DNA of 64,000 bases from positions 1,319 through 65,318 of the forward strand of contig DAOPZG010000001.1 of the NCBI GenBank assembly GCA_035353235.1, in the 5' to 3' direction. The DNA is from Candidatus Limiplasma sp. Lineage in GTDB: Bacteria; Bacillota; Clostridia; Christensenellales; Aristaeellaceae. This document shows positions 19,702-28,331 of the stretch, piece after piece; position 1 is the stretch's first letter; every line of letters starts with the position of its first letter. The notes below the pieces were generated by a model. The model was given only the letters and a program-made list of their open reading frames with translations, did no database searches and had not been told where the DNA came from. The translations under genes were made by a program, and so were the position numbers.

Positions 19702-19738
19702 AAAAAAGGACGGAGCCGATCAGCGCTTCGTCCTTTTG
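19702..19738. terminator. bidirectional terminator between the convergent GNAT and E2-like genes
   Basis: AAAAGGACG-N16-CGTCCTTTT, with an A-run before and a T-run after. Confidence 0.7.
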
Positions 19739-19765
19739 TCTGTATCCATATACGAAGGAACGGGT

Positions 19766-20689
19766 TCAAACGGCCGCTTTCGCCGTTACCGGCTGATGAA
19801 CCCCTGCCGGCTTGGGAACATGGTATTCCGCGCCCTCGTTGTAATACACCTTTTCCGGCGGCGTATCCAGCAACTCCGGATTCTTCAGGCAGCGTTTCAT
19901 CTGGGTAAACAGTTTGGCGAACACAGCTCCGCCGCATACGCGCTCGTCCACCGTGATGCCGATCGGCAGAGTGCACCATCGTTTGGGGTTTCCTTTCGCA
20001 TCCACCGTATAGCCGCGCTCCGGCGTGCCCAGGCCAAAGAACATGCTGGTGTTGCCGAAATTGTAGATATGGTGGAACACGCTGTGCAGGCCGATTGACG
20101 CGTTATTGGTGATAAACATCCCCGTATGGAAAGGCAGCTCGTCAATCAGCAACCCCGGGCAAAGGCCATACCGATCCAGCAGTTTTACGGTTCCAGCGAG
20201 CAGTGTCGCCAGTCCCGGTATTTTTAGCGCAAAGGACGCAAGCTTAACGGAGAAACCCGGCGTCTCCGGCTTGCGATTGGCTTCGATCTTTTGCACCAGC
20301 CGCGCCGCCACATCGTATATCGTATCGCTTGGGTCATATTTCACCTTGATCACGTTCTCCTGCAGGCTCCCATCCGGGGTGTCCATCAGGATGGTCATGG
20401 AAACAGTCAGTTCCTTACGGTTGTAAAACTGTTTGTTCATAATAAAACGGTTCACTTCCGGCACCTGGGAGATCGCGCGTACGTAGCTTGCGATAATCAC
20501 TTCCAGAAAAGTGATTTTTACCCCCTCGTCGCGCCACTTCGCGGCAATATAGCGCATCAGGGGTTCGTACTCCACGTCGTGCTGCAGAAAAACCATCGCG
20601 TCTACGCGCGTGGGCATCAGGTACGGCGTCATCTGGATAATCGGGTCTAAGTGCTTCACGCGGCGGCCTTCATGGCGATGTCCAAACAT
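19766..20689 (-). CDS. stand-alone 2-oxoacid dehydrogenase E2 / CAT-fold acyltransferase domain protein with a non-canonical active-site motif
   Basis: The C-terminus LPIGITVDERVCGGAVFAKLFTQMKRCLKNPELL aligns by eye with the E2 catalytic motif S.DHRxxDGA..A.FL..LK..LE.P..LL. There is no lipoyl or E3-binding domain. The ATG at 20689 avoids overlap with the upstream gene. Confidence 0.6.
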   Translation of the reverse strand: MFGHRHEGRRVKHLDPIIQMTPYLMPTRVDAMVFLQHDVEYEPLMRYIAAKWRDEGVKITFLEVIIASYVRAISQVPEVNRFIMNKQFYNRKELTVSMTILMDTPDGSLQENVIKVKYDPSDTIYDVAARLVQKIEANRKPETPGFSVKLASFALKIPGLATLLAGTVKLLDRYGLCPGLLIDELPFHTGMFITNNASIGLHSVFHHIYNFGNTSMFFGLGTPERGYTVDAKGNPKRWCTLPIGITVDERVCGGAVFAKLFTQMKRCLKNPELLDTPPEKVYYNEGAEYHVPKPAGVHQPVTAKAAV

Positions 20690-20880
20690 GGAAATCCGTC
20701 CTTTCAATCCAGCACGCGAATTTCCACGGTATGGCAAAGCACGCCGCACGCGAGAAAAACCGTGCCGAGAAATCGGCCTCGCGCGCGAAGGAATAAGGGC
20801 GGTATAATCAAAGCAATCATACGCACGCAAAGTCAATTCATTGTATCGTTTCACGGAACGCGCGTCAAGTGTACGCTCCG

Positions 20881-21963
20881 CTATTCGATTTTTGCCGTAT
20901 AACTGAGCAGCGTAACGCTCGGGGTGTTCAGCAGCCGGCCTGGCATCGGATAAATACTGCTGGCAGACAGTCCGCCGCCAATGTACTGGTTCAGACTGTT
21001 GATGCGTTGCATCCCAAAAATGCCATCGTCGCCAATCATCCACCCTTTATCCGGCACGTAAAGCGGGCCCAGCCCGCCCAACCGCCACTGGCCGCCGCAG
21101 TAATGTCCCGCCAGTACCAGCGACAGGCGGCGGAAGCTGAACACGGCCGTCTCGTCCGCCCATTCCACCATCTCGCGCACATAGTCCGCTTCCAGCGGCA
21201 CATGGGTCAAACCAATCTGCAGATCGTTCTTGTTCATGGTTTTCATCGCGGCAGCACAGGCTGTAATCGCATCCAGCCGGTAGCAGAGCGCACGGTAGCT
21301 CGCGCCGCCCTCCGCCTCATACTGCTGTCCCTGGGTTTCCATATCCGTTTTTTGCCGTGTCAGGCTTTCCTGCATTCCCGCAATATCCACGCTGTACAGG
21401 TACTCCGGGGTGAACCAGACCATCATCTTCCCCACCGCCTGGTTTACCGGGCGATCCAGATAGATGCCGCCTGCCTCCTGCGCCGCACGTACCCAATCCG
21501 CCAATACCTCGCGGTTCCCGTGCAGATCGCTTTGCACCGGCGCAGGGTCCTCGTCGCCCGCAATGAAATAAATCGGCACGTCCGCCTTAATCTGCCGCAG
21601 AATTTTAATAAGCGAAACCAACGGGGTGTAATCGCCGTCTTTTCCCACCATATCACCCGTCATGGTGACGGCGGAAAAACTTTTTCCATACAGCAGATTT
21701 TTCCACATCTCGGCGTCCAGCCCACGCTCGTCACCGTGCAGATCGGTCACTTCCAGAAGCGTAAAATTTTCCAGTTTTTTATCCAGCGACATAATCCGAA
21801 CTTTTTCGGTCAACAGATTCGTTTTACGGTTCATCGCCGCATTGGTCAGTAAACAAAGCACAACCGCCGCAAAAAGGACGGAAAGCAGTAAAAACAGGCA
21901 GCCCGGCCCGCGGCGTTTCGTTTTCTCCGGGGCAAAAATGTAATAGCTCTGGTTTCGCCGCAT
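20881..21963 (-). CDS. membrane-anchored metallophosphoesterase (calcineurin-like)
   Basis: It has an N-terminal TM and then ..LLEVTDLHGDE...VTMTGDMV...IAGDED...GLTHVP...LAGHYCGG, the ordered metallophosphatase motifs. Confidence 0.75.
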   Translation of the reverse strand: MRRNQSYYIFAPEKTKRRGPGCLFLLLSVLFAAVVLCLLTNAAMNRKTNLLTEKVRIMSLDKKLENFTLLEVTDLHGDERGLDAEMWKNLLYGKSFSAVTMTGDMVGKDGDYTPLVSLIKILRQIKADVPIYFIAGDEDPAPVQSDLHGNREVLADWVRAAQEAGGIYLDRPVNQAVGKMMVWFTPEYLYSVDIAGMQESLTRQKTDMETQGQQYEAEGGASYRALCYRLDAITACAAAMKTMNKNDLQIGLTHVPLEADYVREMVEWADETAVFSFRRLSLVLAGHYCGGQWRLGGLGPLYVPDKGWMIGDDGIFGMQRINSLNQYIGGGLSASSIYPMPGRLLNTPSVTLLSYTAKIE

Positions 21964-22142
21964 ATCGTAACCCCCAACAGATTGTACCTGTAGTATTATA
22001 GCCTCCCCGCAGGGTGTAGCCGTTACACGTTTCTAATCTTTGTGTTACAATTCCGTGCCGCCGCGCCCGCCTATGGACAGCGAAGCGGCGATATGATATA
22101 AAGGAAAAGCAACCGCAAAACAATACAGAAACGGGGCGTACC

Positions 22143-22817
22143 ATGGCGCTGAAAAAATCCTATCGCTTCCTGCGCGGCGTAGTGCGCGTGTGCGCACACC
22201 GGATGAGCGTAGAGTGGGAAACGCCTTTCACCGGAGAACCTTCGGTTTTTATCTGCAACCACGCTGGCGCAATGGGACCCATCCATATCTGCGCTTCCTT
22301 CCCACTGGCGGATCAATTGCATCCATGGATGAACGCGCAGGTGATCAGCGCCCGCGAAGTACCCGCCTATGTGCGGCAGGATTACTGGTGGAAACCGGAA
22401 TCCCGGCTGGCGCCGCTATTCAACCGCACGCTCCCCTATCTGGCGGCCGCCATCCTGCCGCCCATCCTGCGAACCACGCCCACCGTACCGGTTTATCACG
22501 ACGCAAGGGTGATCCGCACCCTGCGTGAAAGCCTGAAAGTGCTGCAGTCCGGAGAACATCTGGTCATTTTTCCGGAGCAGCCCTCCGGTTTTGGGACGCA
22601 TCAGATGGAACTGAATCGCGGCTTCATGCAGATTGCTCCCGCGTATGCGCGGGTTACCGGCAAGAGTCTCGCTTTCTGGCCGGTACGGATCGACACCGCC
22701 GCCCATGTTTTCCACGTAGCCGCTCCCCTGCGGTTTGACGTAAACCGGGCTCTCGGCGAACAGATCGACGAGTTGCTGGCCGGTTTTCGTCAGGGGATTC
22801 GCCCGGAGGAATCGTAA
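22143..22817 (+). CDS. PlsC/LPLAT-fold acyltransferase-like protein (motif I reads NHAGAMG)
   Basis: ..VFICNHAGAMGPI...PVYHD...LVIFPEQP...GFMQIAPAYA.. shows clear paralogy to the C-terminal domain of the next gene. A terminator follows at 22838-22876. Confidence 0.65.
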   Translation: MALKKSYRFLRGVVRVCAHRMSVEWETPFTGEPSVFICNHAGAMGPIHICASFPLADQLHPWMNAQVISAREVPAYVRQDYWWKPESRLAPLFNRTLPYLAAAILPPILRTTPTVPVYHDARVIRTLRESLKVLQSGEHLVIFPEQPSGFGTHQMELNRGFMQIAPAYARVTGKSLAFWPVRIDTAAHVFHVAAPLRFDVNRALGEQIDELLAGFRQGIRPEES

Positions 22818-22837
22818 CCTCCCTGTCAACACTTCCC

Positions 22838-22876
22838 CGCCCCGCTCGGGATTCCTCCCCGGCGGGGCGTTTTGTT
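22838..22876 (+). terminator. intrinsic terminator after the short PlsC-like gene
   Basis: CGCCCCG-N18-CGGGGCG followed by TTTTGTT. Confidence 0.6.
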
Positions 22877-22912
22877 ACGTTTGCGCATTACGGCGCCATC
22901 CGCCTCCCGTGG

Positions 22913-22942
22913 TTGCTTACCCGCCCTGCTGTGTGGTAGAAT
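22913..22942 (+). promoter_or_regulatory. sigma-A-type promoter of the MFS-PlsC fusion gene
   Basis: TTGCTT-18 nt-TAGAAT with an upstream TG (extended -10). Confidence 0.5.
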
Positions 22943-22995
22943 AGTGCTTACGGAAAGCCGATCACAAGCGTCACAGCAGAAGGAGCGACAGGACT

Positions 22996-25224
22996 TTGCA
23001 ACATGGAGACAGCCGCAGAACCTGGGCAAGCTCACGGCGAGTGATGCTGGTAATGATGTCGCTGAGTACGTTGTACAATTATCTGTATTCCATGTCGGTC
23101 AGCAGCGCCTACGGACTTCTGCCTGTTTTAGGCGGCGCGCTGTTCATGTCGGGAGCCGTCGCCACCACCTATACACAAACGTTTCTGGGCAGCAACCGGA
23201 AATATCTCCCACGCCGTATGCGCATCGTCGGCACTCTTTTACTGGTGCTGATGCTGCTGTTTTCGCTCGCGATATTCGCGATTTTCCCAATTTTCAGTGC
23301 TTCGCCCGCCGTATGGGCTTTGTTTGCGGTAGTCCTGTTTCTCACCATGCGCGCGATTCTCGGTCGCAGGCTCGTTGCTTTTCGGGTACGCAGGCGGATC
23401 GGCCGCACAGCGTTTTTGCTGCTGTTCTCCGCACTTCAGATTGTGCCTGCGGGGATTGCGGCCCTTCTGTTTTTCTCCTCCCTGCCTGACCCGGCCACCT
23501 GGCAAACGCTCGGAGGCTATGGGCTGAGCGTTCTTTTGGAGTGTTATACGTTCTGGCGGGAACGCGACGTAATCGCAATGGAGCGCGATCCGGACGACGC
23601 CGACCCTGAAACCGTGGAGCATATGGCGGTGGAACTGCGTTCCCTGAACGCCTATAACGCCTACCAGCGAATCCATATGCTGATCCTGATGGCGCTGCAG
23701 GTTACGCTGGTGATGGTATACACCTTCATCGGCATTACCTCGGAAGAGATCATCACCTGTCTGGCGCTCACCGTCGGCTGCACCATCATCCTGCGAGAAG
23801 CAACGGACTTTCTGCTTGCGCATCTCAAACGCCGCAAACCAGCGATCCTTCAATTGCTACTATTTGGGTTGTTCCTGTGGGTTTACGGTCTGGTGCTGTT
23901 TTACCGACAGTTAAGCAGTATGCCAAACCTTCTGCTCAGCTATCTCACCCTTGGGCTTTGCACCAGCGGCCTCTCCGTTTCCGTTACCTGCCTGGCGCAG
24001 ATGGAGCGCGAGATGACCGAGGTGGCCGAATACGGTCTGCAAAACCATCTTCGGGGCTATGACCGGATCCGTTCCGTGTTTACCGAACTCGCCATTCTGT
24101 TGGGGCAACTGGTGGCGCTGGTGCTGCTGGCGATTCTTTGCCTGCCCGCTGCTGGTTACGCCTGGAACACGCTGGATTTTTCCATTCTGTTGCGCAGCTT
24201 CCGCCCGCTGATGGTCGTACCGCCGCTCCTGCTGCTGGCAAGCGCTATCCTGAGCGTGCTCCACTTCCCGATGAACAACCGGCACTTCGAAAAACTCCGC
24301 CGTTTCCTGACCCTGCAGGACGACGACCCCAACCCGGCGCTGAAAAAGCAGCTGGACGACGTGGTGGTGAAAAAGCATAAAAACCGCTTCGGCGTCAAAC
24401 TGATTGTGCTGCTGCTGCGCCCCCTGTATTACCATCGGGTACGCGGGCTGGAAAACACGGCGGGGTACGAGGAAGGCCAACTGGTTCTGGTATGCAATCA
24501 TGGCGAACTGTACGGTCCGGTCGTTACCAACCTGTACGTGCCCATCAGTTTTCGCCCCTGGTGTATCTCCAGCATGATGGAAAAGGACGTGATCGTCCGC
24601 TATATCTACGAAAACACGCTGGTCCGGCAGAAGTGGCTCCCGAATTTTCTGAAGATGCCGCTCACGCGCCTGATCTGCCCGGTATGCCTGTGGGTGTTCA
24701 ACAGTCTGGAGGCCATACCCGTTTACCGCGGCAATCCCCGGGAACTGCTGAAGACCTTCCGCCTGACCATCGAAGCCATGCAGGCTGGCGATAACATCCT
24801 TGTTTTTCCCGAACGCGGCGAGGCCGAAGCCCCCGGGCAGAAGGGCTACGTGAGCGAGGGTGTCGGCGACCTGTACACCGGTTTTGCGATGATCGCCCCC
24901 GCCTATTACCAGAAAACCCATAAGCGGGCGGTTTTTTTGCCGATATACGCCAGCAAGCACCTGCGCACGCTCACTTTTGGCCGGGCCGTGGAGTACAACC
25001 CGGATACACCCGCCACCGAGGAAAAACTGCGCATCGTAAGTGAACTGATGCAGCGCATGGACGGGCTGTATCAGGAAGAAAAAGCGGAGCTTGCCCGCCG
25101 CAGACAGCGCAGGCGGGATCATCTGCGCCGCCACCGTTCCGCGCTGGGCCCGGAGGAGCGCCGGGAGCTGGAAACCCTGGAACGCGAGGAGGCGCAAACC
25201 TCCCCGGAGGAAACACACCTCTGA
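22996..25224 (+). CDS. fusion protein: 12-TM MFS-like domain plus C-terminal PlsC/LPLAT-fold acyltransferase domain (LplT-acyltransferase-like)
   Basis: The first ~480 aa have 6+6 hydrophobic segments and a charged central loop. They are followed by ..LVLVCNHGELYGPV...PVYRG...ILVFPERG...GFAMIAPAYY.. and a highly charged tail. The start is uncertain: TTG at 22996 with AAGGAG 11 nt upstream, or ATG at 23044. Confidence 0.6.
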   Translation: MQHGDSRRTWASSRRVMLVMMSLSTLYNYLYSMSVSSAYGLLPVLGGALFMSGAVATTYTQTFLGSNRKYLPRRMRIVGTLLLVLMLLFSLAIFAIFPIFSASPAVWALFAVVLFLTMRAILGRRLVAFRVRRRIGRTAFLLLFSALQIVPAGIAALLFFSSLPDPATWQTLGGYGLSVLLECYTFWRERDVIAMERDPDDADPETVEHMAVELRSLNAYNAYQRIHMLILMALQVTLVMVYTFIGITSEEIITCLALTVGCTIILREATDFLLAHLKRRKPAILQLLLFGLFLWVYGLVLFYRQLSSMPNLLLSYLTLGLCTSGLSVSVTCLAQMEREMTEVAEYGLQNHLRGYDRIRSVFTELAILLGQLVALVLLAILCLPAAGYAWNTLDFSILLRSFRPLMVVPPLLLLASAILSVLHFPMNNRHFEKLRRFLTLQDDDPNPALKKQLDDVVVKKHKNRFGVKLIVLLLRPLYYHRVRGLENTAGYEEGQLVLVCNHGELYGPVVTNLYVPISFRPWCISSMMEKDVIVRYIYENTLVRQKWLPNFLKMPLTRLICPVCLWVFNSLEAIPVYRGNPRELLKTFRLTIEAMQAGDNILVFPERGEAEAPGQKGYVSEGVGDLYTGFAMIAPAYYQKTHKRAVFLPIYASKHLRTLTFGRAVEYNPDTPATEEKLRIVSELMQRMDGLYQEEKAELARRRQRRRDHLRRHRSALGPEERRELETLEREEAQTSPEETHL

Positions 25225-25304
25225 CCGCGCCGTTTGCCCCGGCGCGCGTTTTATGGTATGATAGCTTATTCCGTCCCATCATCCGTAAGGAGGCATTACC
25301 CTGC

Positions 25305-26621
25305 ATGACGTTTGACGCCGTTCAAATCGACCGCGACCTGCGCCGGCGCGGAGAGCCACGTTCTTTCGGCTGGTTCCGCTGGCTTGCGCTGGCCGTTCTG
25401 ACCGCGTTTTCCCTGTACGTGTATCTGTGGGAGTTCTCCAATATACAAAGCGACCTGTACAAACACGCCGTAATCGCCAGCCAGTTTAATTTTGGAGACC
25501 CGCACAGCATAACCAGCCGTTTGGCCTACCCGTTATGGCACATCTTCGTCGCCGCGCTGTTTCAGCTGGGCGTGCCCCTTTCCTGGGCCGCGGCTGTGGT
25601 ATGCGCGCTTTGCAAAGCATTGCTTTTTGTGCTGGTATGCCGGTATCTTTGGGTGACGGGGGAAAATCGGCTGTCCCCGTCCGCTGTTACGGTCATCGGT
25701 CTGCTCCTGATGTTTGTTACCCCTATCCGTATTCCCGGCGTGAACCCGCAAGTGTACCACGGCATCGGTTCCCCTACCGTATGGCACAACCCCACGCAAC
25801 TGGCCGTGCTGGTTACCGCAATGCTTTGCATACCTTATACCCTGCACTGCTGGTATGATTTTGAATGTCGCCTGCCGCAGACCGGCGCTCAAACCACCCT
25901 GCCCTGGCGCAAGGTGGTCACACTGGCGGCGCTGCTGATGCTCAGCCTCGCGTGCAAACCCACCTTCATGCAGGCGCTGATCCCCGCGGCGGCAGCTTTC
26001 TTCCTCGTTCAATGGATCCGGCACCCAAAAAACAGCCGTTACTTTTTCCAGATCATTCTGGCATTTGTTCCGGCTGTCGCTTACTTTATGCTTCAATACC
26101 TGTACTACACAGGGGTCGTCGTGCCCTATACCAGCGGAGTTGAGTTCGGCGCAACCTGGGCAGACGCCTGGAGCGCGCTTCGGAATATGTTGATGATGGC
26201 GGCTTTCCCGCTTTTCGCCCTGCTCTGCTGCCGGAAGAAAGGCCTTTTCCGGGATGCCGGGCTGACACTGATACTTTGGATGGCTTTCTTCAGCGTTCTG
26301 GAAGCGACGTTCTTCCGCGAAACCGGCCTGCGGCTGAACCATGGTAATTTCAACTGGGCCAGCATGAGCACCGCCTTTATGCTGTGGGTCATCGTACTGC
26401 CAAAGTTTATAACGGCGGTCGCCGAATTCCGCGATGATCAGACCCGCCTTATGCGAGCGGCGGGAGAAGGCACGGTAGCATCCACGGCCTACCGCAGAGA
26501 ACGGCAAGCACTGCGGCTCCGTTCGACGCTCTTTCTGGCGGCGTTCATGCTGCTGGTATGGCACCTGTACTCGGCCGGTTATTATCTGTATTATCTGTTT
26601 TCCACCGGCAGTACATTCTAA
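25305..26621 (+). CDS. polytopic integral membrane protein, function unknown (possibly GT-C / polymerase-like)
   Basis: The 438-aa product has about 11 hydrophobic segments. AAGGAGG lies upstream and a terminator follows. I recognise no soluble domain. Confidence 0.7.
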   Translation: MTFDAVQIDRDLRRRGEPRSFGWFRWLALAVLTAFSLYVYLWEFSNIQSDLYKHAVIASQFNFGDPHSITSRLAYPLWHIFVAALFQLGVPLSWAAAVVCALCKALLFVLVCRYLWVTGENRLSPSAVTVIGLLLMFVTPIRIPGVNPQVYHGIGSPTVWHNPTQLAVLVTAMLCIPYTLHCWYDFECRLPQTGAQTTLPWRKVVTLAALLMLSLACKPTFMQALIPAAAAFFLVQWIRHPKNSRYFFQIILAFVPAVAYFMLQYLYYTGVVVPYTSGVEFGATWADAWSALRNMLMMAAFPLFALLCCRKKGLFRDAGLTLILWMAFFSVLEATFFRETGLRLNHGNFNWASMSTAFMLWVIVLPKFITAVAEFRDDQTRLMRAAGEGTVASTAYRRERQALRLRSTLFLAAFMLLVWHLYSAGYYLYYLFSTGSTF

Positions 26622-26633
26622 TCACCTAAGAAA

Positions 26634-26677
26634 CATCCCCTTCCCGGCGGCGAAATGCCCGGAAGGGGATGTTTTTT
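26634..26677. terminator. shared terminator hairpin between the convergent membrane-protein and DUF1697 genes
   Basis: CATCCCCTTCCCGG-N10-CCCGGAAGGGGATG followed by TTTTTT on the plus strand. The DUF1697 stop codon lies in the T-run. Confidence 0.7.
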
Positions 26678-27215
26678 ATCTTATGATTTCAGCGATTTTC
26701 TCTACGGTGTTCCAGTTGCGTACCGTAGCGTCCGGGAAGGCGGCGGTCAGCCTTGCCGCGGTTCTGGACAGCCGGATGCTCTGTGCGCACAACAGGTGGA
26801 TTTCCCGTACTCCGAGAAAGATCCGGTCTCCGTCCTCCGGCAGCGCGGCAAGCCTTGTTCTGTCCGGCATGCAGGGGAGAAAGTACACGTACCGGTGTTC
26901 CACAGCCGGGTCCGCCGCTTCAGCTCGCTCGATTTCTTCCATGGAAAAAGGCTTCTCCCCAAGCAGCGCATTAAACTGCGCGCTTTCCCGGATCAACATC
27001 CCACAAGAGAAGCCGAAGCGTTCGGCAAAGGCTTTCCGCGCCACAGACAGTGTCTCTTCTTCTGAACAAGGGCTTTCCAGTACGACGTTGCCGCTTTGCA
27101 GCAACGTGATTACCTCTGTAAAACCAGCGTCCGATAAAGCCTGTTTCAACGCTGGCATGGGGACTTTGTTCTTACCCCCGACGTTAATTCCCCTTAAAAG
27201 CAATACGAAACGCAT
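26676..27215 (-). CDS. DUF1697 domain protein
   Basis: MRFVLLLRGINVGGKNKVPMPALKQALSDAGFTEVITLLQSGNVVL is the hallmark DUF1697 N-terminus. This fixes the start at the ATG at 27215. Confidence 0.8.
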   Translation of the reverse strand: MRFVLLLRGINVGGKNKVPMPALKQALSDAGFTEVITLLQSGNVVLESPCSEEETLSVARKAFAERFGFSCGMLIRESAQFNALLGEKPFSMEEIERAEAADPAVEHRYVYFLPCMPDRTRLAALPEDGDRIFLGVREIHLLCAQSIRLSRTAARLTAAFPDATVRNWNTVEKIAEIIR

Positions 27216-27368
27216 GGCTCTTCTCACATTCTCCAAATTCAAATCGGTCCGAAGAATATCAATAATCGGGGAATGTCCTGCACGTTTCGCCAGTAGCCGT
27301 GTTTCCACCCTGAAGCAGACGGGTCGCTGTTTACCGATCGTTTCAGCCCGTCGCTTTCAACCTTCGGT

Positions 27369-28046
27369 TCAGGCGGTAAAGTACGATGCGTACTGCTCCC
27401 GAATCGCCTCTTCATCTACCTTATAACGGTTCAGATGCTTCACGACCAATGCGGCGGCTTCCTCTTTCTCTCCGGCGCGCACCGCGCGCAGAATTGCCTC
27501 ATGGTCAGCCACAATCTTAATATCCTTCACGGTCGCAAGGCTCAGACTGCGCACCCGGTCAAAGTGAAGCGCCATGCTCTCCTGCAGGTGATAAGTCTGC
27601 AAACGGTTTGTCAGCCTGTAAAACTCCCGGTGAAAATCATCGTCCAGTTCCATCAGCTTTTCCGGTAATTGGTTCTCCAAATAAAACTGCTGCAGCTTCA
27701 CATTCGCTTCCGCTACCGAGAAATCCAGCGCGGACGCCTGTTCGCAGGCCAGCTCGATGATCGCTTTTTCCAGTACCTGCCTGAGAAAGCGGCTTTCCTC
27801 TACCATGTTGCAATCAATCAGGGCAATTCGGCTGCCCCGTTGCGGCAATATTTCCACAATGCGCGTTTTGGCTAACTCAATCAGCGCTTCACGGATCGGC
27901 GTGCGGCTCAGCCCCAGCGCGGCAGACAGTTCGTTTTCGCTCAGCATCGTACCCGGTGCGAGTTCCAGCGAGGCGATATTGCGTTTCAGCATTCTCAACG
28001 CGTAATCCCGTGCCGTTTCCCGCGTATAGCGTTCGGTGATGTTCAT
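27369..28046 (-). CDS. GntR-family transcriptional regulator, FadR/FCD subfamily
   Basis: It has a winged HTH (..LSENELSAALGLSRTPIREALIELAKTRIV..) and an all-helical C-terminal FCD-like domain. The ATG at 28046 has a strong SD (AGAGGAGAGG). Confidence 0.85.
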   Translation of the reverse strand: MNITERYTRETARDYALRMLKRNIASLELAPGTMLSENELSAALGLSRTPIREALIELAKTRIVEILPQRGSRIALIDCNMVEESRFLRQVLEKAIIELACEQASALDFSVAEANVKLQQFYLENQLPEKLMELDDDFHREFYRLTNRLQTYHLQESMALHFDRVRSLSLATVKDIKIVADHEAILRAVRAGEKEEAAALVVKHLNRYKVDEEAIREQYASYFTA

Positions 28047-28077
28047 GGCCTCTCCTCTTTCCAACAGGGACGCCGAA

Positions 28078-28089
28078 TTGTACGCACAA
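28078..28089. promoter_or_regulatory. FadR/GntR-type operator candidate
   Basis: TTGTACGCACAA (half-sites TTGTAC/GCACAA, 5 of 6 palindromic) fits the TNGT-N-ACNA pattern of FadR-subfamily operators. It lies between the promoter and the start of the gntR-family gene. Confidence 0.45.
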
Positions 28090-28102
28090 ATCTTAATGCC
28101 TT

Positions 28103-28132
28103 ATTGTATCATTGCCCGCCTCGACAGGTCAA
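28103..28132 (-). promoter_or_regulatory. sigma-A-type promoter of the gntR-family gene
   Basis: The minus strand reads TTGACC-18 nt-TACAAT. Confidence 0.5.
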
Positions 28133-28331
28133 TCATCGAAGCGCTTCCCACAAGCAATTTTATACGATTCAAATCCAAATTCATTAAGGAACGCAGCGGT
28201 TCTGTTAAGCGACGGGAAACGTAGGCGAAAGCGCAAAGGGGCCGCGCCGAGCCTGTGCGCCGCAGTCAGCAGGTAAGACCGCCACGGGATCGAAGCGTGA
28301 AGGTTTCATATTACACCATGGGATAAATAGA

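Noticed and set aside
20689-21043. An upstream in-frame extension of the E2-like gene (ORF start at 21043), which would overlap the metallophosphoesterase gene by 160 nt.
   Set aside because: The extension has no similarity to E2 or lipoyl domains and overlaps the 3' end of a well-supported gene. The ATG at 20689 gives a domain-complete protein.
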